DNA of 64,000 nucleotides from assembly GCA_013239625.1 (NCBI GenBank), contig MU053933.1, forward strand, positions 684,001-748,000. The letters are read 5' to 3'. Made by a program: the position numbers and the translations under genes. This DNA is from Lama guanicoe (lineage: Eukaryota). This document shows, one piece after another, positions 10,256 through 22,154 of the stretch (positions are counted from its first letter, which is position 1; the number at the start of each line of letters is the position of its first letter). The notes below the pieces were generated by a model, which saw nothing but the letters and a program-made list of their open reading frames with translations, was not told the origin of the DNA and did no database searches.

Positions 10256-11858
10256 TGAGTTTGCTCTTCCCAGAAAGAAAGAGGAGAGCTCGCCCCCCCT
10301 ACCTCCATCGGTGAGGCGCTGAGTCAGTCCCGGGGTGGGTATTTGACCTTGGAGGAGTCCCCCCCGGCCACGCCCTGCTGACACGCTTGACCCATGACCC
10401 ACTCGCGTACACCTTCCCTGAAGTTAAACACAGGCCTGGGGGTGGTGAGCACTGAGCGAGGCTGCCCATTCCTAACCAGTGAGTCCCCATCCCGCCCAGC
10501 AAACCCCAGAGGCCATGCGGTAGCTGCAGACTCACCCAGGCCTCCCCACGCTCTCCTCCCTGACCTGCTCAGCCCTTCTCGTCCAGAGAGGCAGTGCTAC
10601 TGCACAGCAGTCCCCTCCGCTGACCCAGGCCCCGAAACTCAACATGAGTCCCCGCCGTGGCCTCCTAGGAACTGAAAGCTCAGAGGGAGACACCGGGAGC
10701 CTGACACCTAATCCGCCACTTCCAAGCCATCGCGTCCAGCCTCCCTGATGCCGCCAAGCTGCACTTAAACCTCCCACACTCAGCTTGGCACCAGAGCCCT
10801 GTTCCTCCCAGCAGGTGAGTCTGGAATTCATCTGCTGACTGCTCGCCTCGGCTCCAGGGAGCCTGGGGTAAGTGCGGGCGCGTACGTTCTCCCGTTGATC
10901 TGCACCTCCGGCCCCACGGCGAGGGCTGGGCCAGTGCCTTCCTCCCAACTGCAGGCTCCAGCTGGAGTCTTGCCTCCTGGGGCCTCAGTGCTGTTCCCCT
11001 CCCGACCGTGAGAGCTGGACGGTCCAGCCCAAAGACTCCTGCTCTGGTGACCCACCATGTTCCCTCCTGCGTCCCCCACCACCCCCAAACAGGGCCCTCC
11101 CTTTGATATGGTCCTTGGGTCAGTTACAGCCCCTGTCTACCGCAGACACAGGTGTGTGGCGTGAGGACTTTCCATCTGGCCAGGCCTGACGGGAGCAGTG
11201 TCCACTCCAGCTGAGGAAAGGACAAGAAAAGCCACACCAAGCAGAGCTCCCCGAAGGGCAGTAGCTAGTCCCTGCGTGGCCCTCGCACTGCCTGCGTGAC
11301 TCTATTTATAAGCCCCAGAGACGCCGGTGGAGAGAGCAGGGCACCCCGTGGTTTCCTGGTCAGTCACGATTGACCAACAGGGAGCTTCATTCACTGGACA
11401 AAGTTCCCAGATTTGATCATCTTTAAAGATTTTTCACTGAACTTTATTTCTATTTTACACCTTCTGTGCATGTCTGCCTTTACTTTCTTCTAGGAGGAGT
11501 CATAGAGGGCCTGGCCCTAGGACTCGGGCAAATCCGACTGCACGTTCACTGGTTGGATTATGTGTCATAAACGGGTATGATCCTTGGGCCAAGTCCCATC
11601 TCACTGGCTGTGTCCTTATCTGGGCTTCACGTCCCTGCTGGGCAGTGCCCTTTGCAAGACAGAGGCCCGGACAGCAGGTGTGGCGCGGGGCAGGGGGGCG
11701 TGGAACGGGCCACCTCTCTGAGTCAGCTGTTAGCGTTCCAGCTTTGATGCAAACTTCACCCAGATGGAGGCAAAACCAAAAATGTTTATACCACTTCTAT
11801 CATTCCAGTTGCTACTGGAAGTTTATGCAAAAACAAACGACAAAAACAAGCCCCTGTT

Positions 11859-11997
11859 GGGGGTAGGATGTAGCTCAGTGGTAGAGCGTGTGCTTAGCAC
11901 GCACGAGGCCCCGGGTTCAATCCCCAGCACCTCCGTTAAAAAAATAGCAAATAAATATAAATAAATAAGCCTAACTACCCCCAAAAAATTTTTAAAA
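11859..11997 (+). mobile_element. tRNA-derived SINE (camelid Vic-1 type)
   Basis: A box TAGCTCAGTGG, B box GGTTCAATCC, A-rich tail followed by CCTAACTACCCCC. Confidence 0.85.
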
Positions 11998-13220
11998 AGG
12001 AACAGTTCCCGGTAATGAGGATCTTATTTTCTCTTCCTAACAACCCTAAAGTTTAGCCAAGGCAGGTTAGAAGGGAGGACCCTGGGGGCTGGGGGTGGGA
12101 GGGGAGGTTAAGAAAGTCCCCTGAGCCCTGTGGTTCCTCAGTGGTGCGTAAAGCCTGGACCAGGCTTCCCGATCCCCCACCTTCACCCCCGTCCTCCAGG
12201 ATGGGGCACCTCACAAAAGCACCTGCGGTCTCGGGTGCCGCTCGGGTACCCAAGGTGTTACCACGTAAAATGCGAGCCGGCTCGTGCCGCTCAGCCATCT
12301 TCTCACCATGTCACCAGTAATGTTAAAATAGGTGACTTCATTTTAAAAACATAAGTTAGAAGAGAGTCCAGGTTCTCCCTGCATTTCCCTCCCTGGCCCT
12401 TCCCCGTACGCCCTTCTCTGGGGGAGAAAGAGGCCGCTGCGGCGTAACCAAGCCCAGAGCCATGCACAACGCAGGCTCCTTGTGTGACACTCAGCCCTAA
12501 CGCCTGTGTCCGGGGGCGACTCCGGGCCCACTCCTTAGCCTCTGATGTCCTATTTTTAAGTCCTTGCTTTGAAAAGGGGATGTCATGGCTCTTAAGTGTT
12601 TCAATAGGATGTTTAGAATGTTGCCTTGCAGGTCCACTCTGAGTTGCTTTCATTTTTCCACATAAGGAGATAAAGATTTCAAAAAAAAGAAAAAATTAAA
12701 GAGGAGAGCTAGTTTCCGAGACCCGACCTCTGCGGACCTGGCCTTTCCTTCCGCTGTCGGCCTGAGGACGGTGTCATGGGGAAGCTGACAGTGGTTCGGA
12801 CTGAAACTGCAGTCTGTGTGTTCTTAAATTTTTTATGACACATACTGCTCTCAAAAAATTATTTTGCATTTAGAAATTTCAGAAGCCTTAGTCCTCATCA
12901 AAAAATGGCCTCAAAATAGAAGGAAAAAGACTGATAGACCCGAAGACAGAAACAGAGGCTGAGTTATAATTATCACTGGAGACGTCAAGACCCCTCCTCA
13001 CAGCCGACGGACCACCAGACAGAAAGCCAGCAAAGACGGAGACCGTGTGAGCTGCGCCCCAGTCAACGGCTCTGAGCTGGTGTTCGGAGGACGCGCCCCC
13101 CGGCGACAGCAGACACGCACCTTCGCCGAGTGCTTACGTGCGTTGAGCAAGCTCGACGACACACTGGGCTGCGCGATGACTCTCGAATCTCAGTGAGCTG
13201 AAATCACAGTGTGTTCTCTG

Positions 13221-14194
13221 GAGAGCGGCCAAGGTTACGGAGTAGAAAGACCTTGAGCTCGCCTCCTCTCTCGGGCACACCGAAATCACAGCTATCTGCG
13301 GAACACCCGTCCGTGGAGAGGGCTGAAACTTACCAGAAAAGATCTTCTACTGTTACAGCAATGGCAGGCCAGCCAAGAAACAAGCACCACCCGGAGGGTT
13401 GGAGCACTCAGATGTATGACGCCGGCGGGCTCAGAGGGGCTTCTGCTCCGAAGCTCTGAGCACCTCCAAGACGTGCGCATGAGGTTTTATAGGGTAAAGT
13501 ACAAGCTTGGGGTATTCGGCCAATAGGCATGGAACAGCTTTAGCAGCTTCATTATCACAAAAGTGGAGGCAGGGAGGCAGCAAACCAACATTCCAAAGCC
13601 AGATATATCTCTTTGAAAACCCAGCTGGCTAGCAAAAACATGAACAGCAAACCAACACTAATTAACCTAGATTGACAAGTTAGTCCAGCAGAACTCAGAT
13701 CAGTATTCTGATACCTAGATTTGTGAGTTATCTTGTTAGCCCAGCCCGGCTTTCCCTTCACACTAAGACTAAAGATGCAAAGAAGGAGCCACAGCGAGAC
13801 GGGTAGGAGGGGCCACTCGCAATATAATCAGATCCCAGGCCCCCTTTCCCTGGTGAGCGACCCCCAAACCAGGGAACAGTCACAGTGCAGGAGCCCCCCC
13901 ACAGGAGTGAGAGTTCTAAGCCCCATGACGGGCTCCCCAGCCCTGGGTTCCAGCACCAGGAAGCCAAGTCCCCAGAGCACTGGGTTTTGAAGGCCAGCGG
14001 GGCTTAATCGCAGGAGCCCCACAGGACCGGGGGAAAGAGAGACTTCACTCTTAAGGGGCCACACAGAACCCACACACACCAGCACTCAGAGCAGACGCAG
14101 GAATTTGGTAGAAGCCTGGGCCAGACCCACCTGCTGGTCTTGCAGGTCTCCTGGGGAGGCGAGGGGTGGGGGACAGCGGTGGCTCACTCTGGGG
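13221..14194 (+). mobile_element. Isolated L1 5'UTR fragment inserted in the older L1
   Basis: Starts GAGAGCGGCCAAGGTTACGGAGTAGAAAGACCTTGAGCTC, resembling an L1 5' terminus. Flanked by ACAGTGTGTTCTCTGG / ACAGAATGTGTTCCTTGG. Confidence 0.6.
13351..13762 (-). mobile_element. ERV solo LTR nested in the L1 5'UTR fragment
   Basis: TG...CA termini, CTAC/CTAA flanks, minus-strand TATAAAA. Confidence 0.65.
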
Positions 14195-15538
14195 ACAGAA
14201 TGTGTTCCTTGGCCACAATGAAATCAAATAAGAAATAGGTCGGAAACAGCAGGAAAAGTTCTAAATATGTAGAAATCAAATAACACATGCCTAAATAGTT
14301 CATAGGTCAAAAAAGAAGCTTCGAAAGAAATTTAAAGGTACATAGAACTGAATGAAAATGGACACACACCATACCCAGATTTGTGGGGCTCAGATGAAGC
14401 AGCGCTGAGAGGGAACTTTTTTGCATTAACTTACATTAGAAATGAGGAGTTCTCAAATCAAAAATTACACTTTGACCTCAAAAAATTAGAAATATAAAAT
14501 CCAAAGACACCCAAAACGACGAGAAGGAAGGAGACAGGAAAGACACACATGGAAATCGGAGAGGCTGAAAACAGGAAACAACGGAAAAAATCAACGAAAC
14601 AAAAAGCTAGTTCTTTGGAAAAATGAATAAAACTGACAAACCTACAGCCAAACCGAGGAACATTAAAAGCAAGAAGGCACAGACAACATCAGAAGTGGGA
14701 CGGGGTAACACTGCGGGCACCTGAAGGGCCGTAAGGGAATGCCACAAAAAATCCATGCACATCAATTTGACGACCAGGAAGAAATGGACTAATTCCTCGA
14801 AAACCACAAACTGCCGAAACTCAACTAAGATGGAGCAGACAACCTGAATGACCCTACAGACATCAAGAAAATCTTAATTCACAAGTTAAAGTCTCTGAAA
14901 CAAAATCTCCACCAGCTCTTAAGGAAAAATTAACAATTTTCACATCTTTTCCAGAAAATAGGAAGGGGATGAACATTTCCCAACTCATTTTACGAGGCCA
15001 GTATCCCCCTGGCAACACAAGCAGACAAAGACAACGCACGAAAACGGGAAACTACAAACCAATAGTTCTCAGGAACTTGGATGCGGGATTCCCCAACCAA
15101 GTATTAGCAAGCCCGACTCAACAGTGTGTGAAAAAGAATCACAGACCACGGCCAAGGGGGGTGTGTCTCGCTCTGCAAGGCTGGCTCATGTTAGAAAACA
15201 GTTAGCCAACAAGCTAAAGGAGGAAAAGCGCAGGTCGTGCCAAGTGGCGTGGAGGAATATTTGACAAAATCCAGCATCCACCCGTGACGAGGCCTTTCAG
15301 CAGTTTAGAAATGAGGGCTATTTCCTCGGCCTAAGAAGAGCGTCTGCAAAATCCCTAGAGCTGGTGTCAGACTCGAAAAAGACTCAACCCTTCCCCCCAG
15401 ACGCGGAGTACGGCCAGGCTACCCGCTCTCACCACTGACAGTCCTAGAGGGTCTAGTCGCTGACATGCGGGAGGAAAAAGAAATGAAAAGAACGCACATG
15501 AGAAGGGAAGGAATAAAACTGTTTGCAGACGGCGTGCT

Positions 15539-16065
15539 TGAGACGGGAGGGGCGGGGGCAGGGCACAGCGATTAGCCTCAAGCTGGTGGAAGGTTCCACC
15601 CAGTAGACCCTGAGGCTCAAGGTGGCGGGAGCTTTGACTCGCAGTGACGTTGAGCTTCATTATAGGCTCACTGCCACACATCAGCAGCTCAGTGACACTC
15701 CCACGGGCGCCAGGACAGTTCCGAGGCTGCCCGTAAGGTCAAACCTGGGTGGCGGCCCAATTCCTGGGAATCCCCACCCCTCCCCCAAAGTAATGGGGTT
15801 ACCTTCCCACTTGCTAGCATGTGAAGCTACCCAGTCCCTAAACACCAACCACCCTGCCGCCTCCCACCCTCTCTCACCCTTGAAGAAAGCCGACGCCGTC
15901 TGTGGAGTGTGCGTCTCTGAGTAAACCTGCCTGCCCTCTACTATCACTTGCCTTGAATTCTTTTGTGCAGGACGCCGAGGACCCTCACTTGATGGGGCGC
16001 ATCCCAGGGGCTCACCTGGGACCTGGGACGTGGCCAGCTTCTCACACTCCATTTTCCTGCATCCA
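15539..16065 (+). mobile_element. MER41-like ERV1 solo LTR
   Basis: GACACTCCCACGGGCGCCAGGACAGTT, CCAATTCCTGGGAA and GAATTCTTTTGTGCAGGACGCCGAGGACCCTC resemble recalled MER41 blocks. Similar to 19119-19666. Confidence 0.7.
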
Positions 16066-16800
16066 AAGCAATGCGATGGAGAAAAGACAACCTTTCCAAC
16101 AAATGATGCTGGAGCAAGTGGGCATCCAGAAGAAAAAAGTGAGCTACAATCTAACCCTCACATCTTATACAAAAACTTCACTCAAAGTACAGCACAGAAT
16201 TGAACATAAAATACAAATCTATAGCTCTGCAAAAAAAATGCACGATAATCTTTGGGAACTAGAACCAGTAGGAAGTTCTTCAACTTGGCACCATGAGCAC
16301 AACACATACGGGGAAAAATTGGTAAGTAGACCCCCAACCCCCATCCAAAAAAAAAAGTAAAACTTTTGTTCTGTCAACGCCTGTGGGAAGAGAGTGAAAA
16401 GACAAGCTGCATACCGGGAGGAAATGTTTGCAAACTGCATGCCCAGCGAAGGACGTGCATCAAGGATGTATGACGACCTCCAGACTCAGCAGTAGAAAAC
16501 AACCCAATCAGAAAATGGGGCGACACAGGGAGAGACATTCCACCAAGAGGACACACAGGTGGCAGATGAGCCCATGAAAAGGTGCTCAACACCATTAGCC
16601 ACCAGGGACGTGCGGGTTAACACCGTCGTGAAACACCACGTACGCCTGTCGGAACGGCTGAAGTAAACACCGGTGACAACACCGATGCCGACGAGCGTTT
16701 GGGAGACTGGCGCGTGCAAACGTTTCTGGGCATGTAAACTGGTGGAGCGGCTTTGGAAAGAAGGCGGCAGCTCCCTAAAAAGCTAATTATGCAGCTATGG

Positions 16801-17317
16801 TGTGGATGGAAACCGTTGCAGCCACATCAGCAAACGCAGGGTGCGGCAGCCCTCGGCCACTGCGGCCGCCCCTGGTGCTGAGCCGAGGGAGCTCGGGATG
16901 GAGGCAAATGCGCTGCCTGCTGCCACCCCCAGGGGTGCCCGCTGAGGGGACTCAGGACGGGATCCAGGGCTCACGGGTGCACATCCAAGCATGAGGAGAG
17001 CTCAGGTGCCCATCCAAGCAAGATGTCAACGAGCCCAGAGCTTTGCACCTTCTCGCACACAGAAAAGCGCTCAACTCCTTCACTTGAGATGTCTGGGGTT
17101 TTTGAATTAACAGTGACCTTTCGCTGTTCCAACTACACGGTCTCCATTGCAAAAACTCCTGTACATCCTGGCTCCTGCCCTGCCTCTTCAGAGCAGTCCC
17201 TCGGAGCGATCTGAGAGGCTGTCTCCCCGGCTTGAAGTCCACAGAAAATCTGCCACATAAAACATGATTCCCAACCTCCAGGTTGTGCTTTTTATTTTTA
17301 TTGTTTTCCAGTTGACA
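16801..17317 (+). mobile_element. ERV1-class solo LTR (family B)
   Basis: TG...CA with perfect 4-bp TSD ATGG. Homologous to the copies at 18084, 21475, 48771 and 62128. Confidence 0.88.
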
Positions 17318-17777
17318 ATGGTGTCACCCAGCAAGTGCACTTCTGGACATTTATGTGAGAGAAAGGAAAACTGCATGCTTCCATTGTGTGTCATTTTGGA
17401 CATGGCGGTATTTTAGAAACGGAGAACAAATTAGCCAGGGATTAGAGCCGGGGAAGGGGTGCAGGGGGAGGGTGGTGGATTCGAAAGGGAACTTGGTGTG
17501 GCTTTAAAGGACAGTAGGAGGGGTCCTTGCAGCAATGGACCTGTTCGGTGCCTTCATCGTGGTGGTGGATACACGGGCCCACGTCGGGTTCAGAGAGAAC
17601 AGAGCTAAATACACACACGTCACGGGGAAACGTCTTGGGGCTCAGTGGGCCGGTGTGCGGGCGGTAAGAGAACTTACCAAAGACAAAGGGTGAAGACAGA
17701 GAAGGAGTCTATTGGGGGGGCTGCCGCAGGCAACAGCGGGCCGCTGGCGGAGGTCTTCTCTGCGGGAGGGTCACACC

Positions 17778-17807
17778 NNNNNNNNNNNNNNNNNNNNNNN
17801 NNNNNNN
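17778..17807. other. Assembly gap (30 N)
   Basis: Run of N. Confidence 1.
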
Positions 17808-18083
17808 GCCGCGGGGTGGGGGCAGGGCTGCAGGACTGTGGGGGGCGCTGTGGCCAGTCCTGCTGGTCAGGCTGCCCGGCGCTGACTAGACCTTCATCTC
17901 GGCCAAGGCCGGGGGGTGAGGAAAGCAACCTTCCTGTTATCTTCAAATCGCCTAAGGGGACTGGAGCAGGAGCCTGCCAGATGTCTGTGGACCCACAACA
18001 CACACAGACACACGCCACAGACACACCCCACAGACACTCACACACACATATACACACACACAAACACACACAAGACACACGTA

Positions 18084-19032
18084 TGTGGGCTGAAAAAAAT
18101 GCACAGCCTCAAAGTTGAGAATTATGTTTTCTTTGGCGGACAAAACTGAGGACTTAAGCCTCAGGACTTAAGGCAGACTCTCAGATCTCTCTAAGGGGCT
18201 GCTCCAAAAAGGTAAGAGAGGAGCCAGGGTATATAGGAGTTTTGCAACAAAAAACAGTTAATCAAAGAAAAACCGGACATTCTCAAGTAAATGACTTCAG
18301 CACTTTTCTACGTACAGGAAGATGCAAGAGTCTGGCTTACTGAAATCATTCCTTTGATGTGCACTTTTTTTTTAATATAAGAGTAGTCGATTTACAATGT
18401 GTTAGTCTTTGGTGTATAATTTAGTGATTCAGTTATACACATGCATATATGTATTCTTTTTCATATTTTTTTCATTATAGGTTATTACAAGATATTGAGT
18501 ACAGTTCCCTGTGCTGCACAGTAGGTCCTTGCTGCTTGTCTACTTCATACAGAACAGTATCTGCAACTCCCAATACATCCCTCCCTACTCTTCCCCCGTG
18601 GCAGCCATGCATTTGCTTTCTCTGAGTCTCTGTTCCATAAATAAGTTCGTTTGTACCTTTTTTTTTCAGATTCCATATATGAGTGATACCATATGGTATT
18701 TTCTTTCTCTTTCTGGCTTAACTTCACGCAGTATGATGATCTCCAGGTCCATCCATGTTGTTGCCAGTGGCGTTATCTCGTTCTTTTTTGTGGCTGAGTA
18801 GTATCCCATTGTGTATATATACCACAACTTCTTTACCCAGTCCTCTGCTGACGGACATTTAGGTTGCTTCCATGTCCTGGTGACCTGCACCTTAACTCTC
18901 TAGGGCCAGTGTCCTGCTGTTCTTTGTCCTGAGTCCCCTCTGGGTGCACAGTCAGGGTGGCTGCAGTGGCTGATGGCTTGATGGCTGCAACATCCCTTGT
19001 TTATGGATGTGGCAGGCGACAATTTTCATACA
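18084..19032 (-). mobile_element. ERV1-class solo LTR (family B) split by an L1 insertion
   Basis: Reverse complement of family B. The halves 18084-18364 and c.18885-19032 are collinear across TGATGTGCAC/TGACCTGCAC. Confidence 0.8.
18365..18880 (-). mobile_element. L1 3' end (ORF2 C-terminus + 3'UTR + polyA) nested in LTR
   Basis: Poly-T start. Minus-strand ORF WKQPKCPSAEDWVKKLWYIYTMGYYSATKKNEITPLATTWMDLE is the L1 ORF2 C-terminus. Confidence 0.92.
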
Positions 19033-19118
19033 CACACACACACAATTACAACGCTGAAGAAATCCGGATAAGATCAGTAGGACTTATCACTGCCCACGTC
19101 CTGTGTGCGCCGTTGCAC

Positions 19119-19666
19119 TGAGACGGGAAGGAAGGGGCGGGCACAATCATTGAAAGAATGACACAGCAATTAATACCAAGACGGCAGAAGATTCAGCTCC
19201 CAGCGGACCTTGAGGCCCACATGGGGGGGGATTTGACTCCTAGCAGCCCTGAGCTGCGTCACATGCTCATTGAAATACATTAGCCACTGAACGGCCCTCC
19301 CACAGGTGCCACGGCGGGGTCGAGGCGGCCCACGAAAGGTCAAAAAGTGGGCGCTGACCCATTTCCTGGGACCCCCAGCCCCCAAACAGCTGGACTAATC
19401 CTCCCACGTGTCATCACAGCGAGTTACCGAGCCCGTAGGAACTGGCCCTCTACACCTGGCGGCCGCGCTCCCTTCTGGGTGGGACAGACCGCGCTCTGCC
19501 CACAGAGCCTGCATCTCTCTGAGCAAACCGACCTTCATCAACCGTGGCTCGCCCTTGAATTCCTTCCTGCACGAAGCCAAGGACTCACACGTGGCAGGGC
19601 ACGTCCCAGGGGCTCAACCGAGACCTGGGACACGGCCCTCCTCTCGCCCCACGTTTTCCTGTGTCA
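19119..19666 (+). mobile_element. MER41-like ERV1 solo LTR
   Basis: TGAGACGGGA...TTTTCCTGTGTCA with GCAC/GTAC 4-bp flanks. Similar to 15539-16065. Confidence 0.72.
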
Positions 19667-21474
19667 GTACCACAGTTTTGTCACATGTCATGATTAGGGA
19701 AAACCGGGCAAAGTTCATGAGAGACGTCTCTCTGCATCCTTCCTGTGACTGTCTGACACCACAATGACCTCAACACAAATTTCAACGAAAAACATATTCG
19801 TCCAACAAGAATGGTTCTGAAATCATAGGTCTTGTGACTACGTGAACCAAACGTCACTTTAAAAAATCATTGCCACGGCTCTTTTTCTCACCAGCCCACG
19901 GTGTGGCTGGCCAGGGGAACGTGACCGGAAGTGGTTCACCGGACACCCCCGCCCTGCTGCCCCTCCCCGGACCTGAGCGCCCCCCGAAGACAACAGCGCC
20001 CACCCCTCCCTCACAAGGGCCCACTGAGGAGCTCTTGCCTCAGGCTCAGGGCAGCCCCGGGGCTGCAGGGGTGTCCCCACAATCGCACAGCTGAGGCCTG
20101 ACCCCTGCTGGGGCTGACAGTGCAGGCTTGGACTCTTGCCTTAGGGCGTCTGCCCACTTCCTGCGGCCTGTCCAGCGGGCAGCCCCAGGGATGGTGCAGA
20201 GTGGCTTTGGCTCTGGCCGGGCAGCAGGCAGCCCTCTCCTCAGACAGGAGGAAGGTGAGACTGGTCTCAAGGTCACAGGCCCAGGAGGCAGCTGCCCTGG
20301 GAAATAACCTGGAATTTTCCAGAGGCCAGGAGGAGTGGGAGGGAGTGGCCAGCCTCCCCAGAGCCCCACCTGGTGGCCAGACCTGGGGAGTTCCCTGGTG
20401 TCCTTGCAAGGGGGCTGTCTGAGGGCTGGTGTGATAAACCAGGAGCCGTAGGGACCCACGGACCCGGCTCCCATCCCTTCCCTTTCCTTGTCTTTCCCTC
20501 TGGTGCCTGCAGGACATGAGCTCTAAGTTTTAATATTGTGCTGGGAACCAGTAACATACAAATTATAAATACCAGCTTGGCCCCTCCTGCTGGTGCAGCC
20601 CTTGGGGACTTAGGAGAGAGTAAAGGGGACCAGAGGAGGTGGGGGGTGGAGTCCCCCTCCCCACACCGGCCACTCCCAGGGAAGAGGGGTCGCCCAGAGG
20701 CCCAGGCGACTGTCTGCAGCAGACGGTGAGCCCCACCTCCTCCTGGAACCCATCCCCCACCTCGCACTGACCTCACTAAGGAAACAAGAAGCTTCCAGTT
20801 TGCACCTACGAAGAAAAGGAAAGGAAAGGGGGAAAAGTGAACAGACCCTGATCGAAAAAAATGTGTCTTAAGGGTTCATTCCCCGAACTCTGAAAATACG
20901 CTATCAATTTTTAGTGGAGGGCTTCTAAAAAAACACCATTGTTGTTTTCTTCATTCTTCAAAAAAAAGAAAAAAAAATCCTCTTCTGTCATTTCTCACCC
21001 CTAAGTGATACCATGTTGACCATTTTTCTATGAACTAGACTTGGAGTCCTAATTTTTTACATAATTTTGATCACTCTCCGGCAGACCAGAATACAGCATA
21101 GAAAGTAGTAGGTCAGTTTTCACACACTGGGTGGCTGTTTTTGTACTTTTAGAGGGGAGAAATATGGAGGGTTTTTTTTTTAAACAAATGTCATAGTTTT
21201 AAATTATAAATGTTATCATTACGTTGAATTCCCCCATTTCCATACTAAATACATGCTGGTGGATGAAACAATTGCATTTGGGTGAAGTCCACAGAGAGTC
21301 ATCATTCAGTCACTCTGTGAGCAGCTCTGGGCCCCGGGTGCCGGGCTGGGGGCTGGGACGTGCAGGTTAACAGAACACAGCATGTCCCTGGAGAGCCCTC
21401 CATCTAGGTGACAGACAGCTCAGAAACAAAGAGTTCTTTGCCATAAAACTGTGTTACCATATCTGTCTACACAC

Positions 21475-21914
21475 TGTGAATTTAAAATGTCACCTGCCAC
21501 ATCAGTAAACAAAGGATGTTGTAACCATCAAGCCATCACACTACTGCCACCCTCAAGAGTGCCCCCTGCGGGGACTCAGGATGGGGAAGAACAGGACACT
21601 GGCCTAGACAGCTAGGTGCACATCAGAGGAGTGATTTCAGTGAGCCCAGAACTTGGTAGCTTCCTGTAAACAGAAAAGTGCTAAATTCATTGATTTGAGA
21701 TATCTGGGTTTTTTTTAATTAATAGTAAACTTTTGATGTTCTGACTCCCTGGTTTTTGTTGCAAAAGCCCCGATATATCCTGGCTCCCTCCTTATCTCTT
21801 CAGGTCAGTCCCTCAGAGCTGTCCGCGAGCCTGTCTCCCAGGCTCAAGTCCTCAGAATATCTGCTGAATAAATGTAATTCTCAGTTTTAGGTTGTGCATT
21901 TTTTTCAGTCAACG
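21475..21914 (+). mobile_element. ERV1-class solo LTR (family B)
   Basis: Family B sequence, 4-bp TSD ACAC, AATAAA near the 3' end. Confidence 0.85.
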
Positions 21915-22154
21915 ACACACACACACACAAACTATCATGCACATACGTGTACACATATGCATGCACATACATGTACACACACACACACACCCCAAGTGCT
22001 ATGGGAGCCCAAGCAAGGACCTCTCTCTACAGATTCATGAGTTTCGGGGAAAATTCAGACCATTTAGGAATCCAGGGGAGGCCCATGAACTGGAAGGCAG
22101 CACATCTCCAGAAGATGCTCAGAAGCAGGAGGACAGGCCATGGTTCTCCGTGCG

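Larger units (their letters stand above)
12930..19790 (+). mobile_element. Long fragmented L1MC-like element (ORF2 + 3'UTR) carrying nested insertions
   Basis: Collinear L1 ORF2 relics (12930-13220, 14195-15538, 16066-16800) and L1MC-like 3'UTR pieces (17320-17680, 19040-19118, 19667-19790). Confidence 0.75.

Noticed and set aside
10440..10480. LGMGSLAQ resembling the TFF1 signal peptide end
   Set aside because: Short match with no start codon context, donor or promoter homology.
11859..11935. tRNA-Ala-like sequence (also 44064-44150, 55167-55245)
   Set aside because: A-rich SINE tails, imperfect stems and multiple diverged copies indicate SINEs, not tRNA genes.
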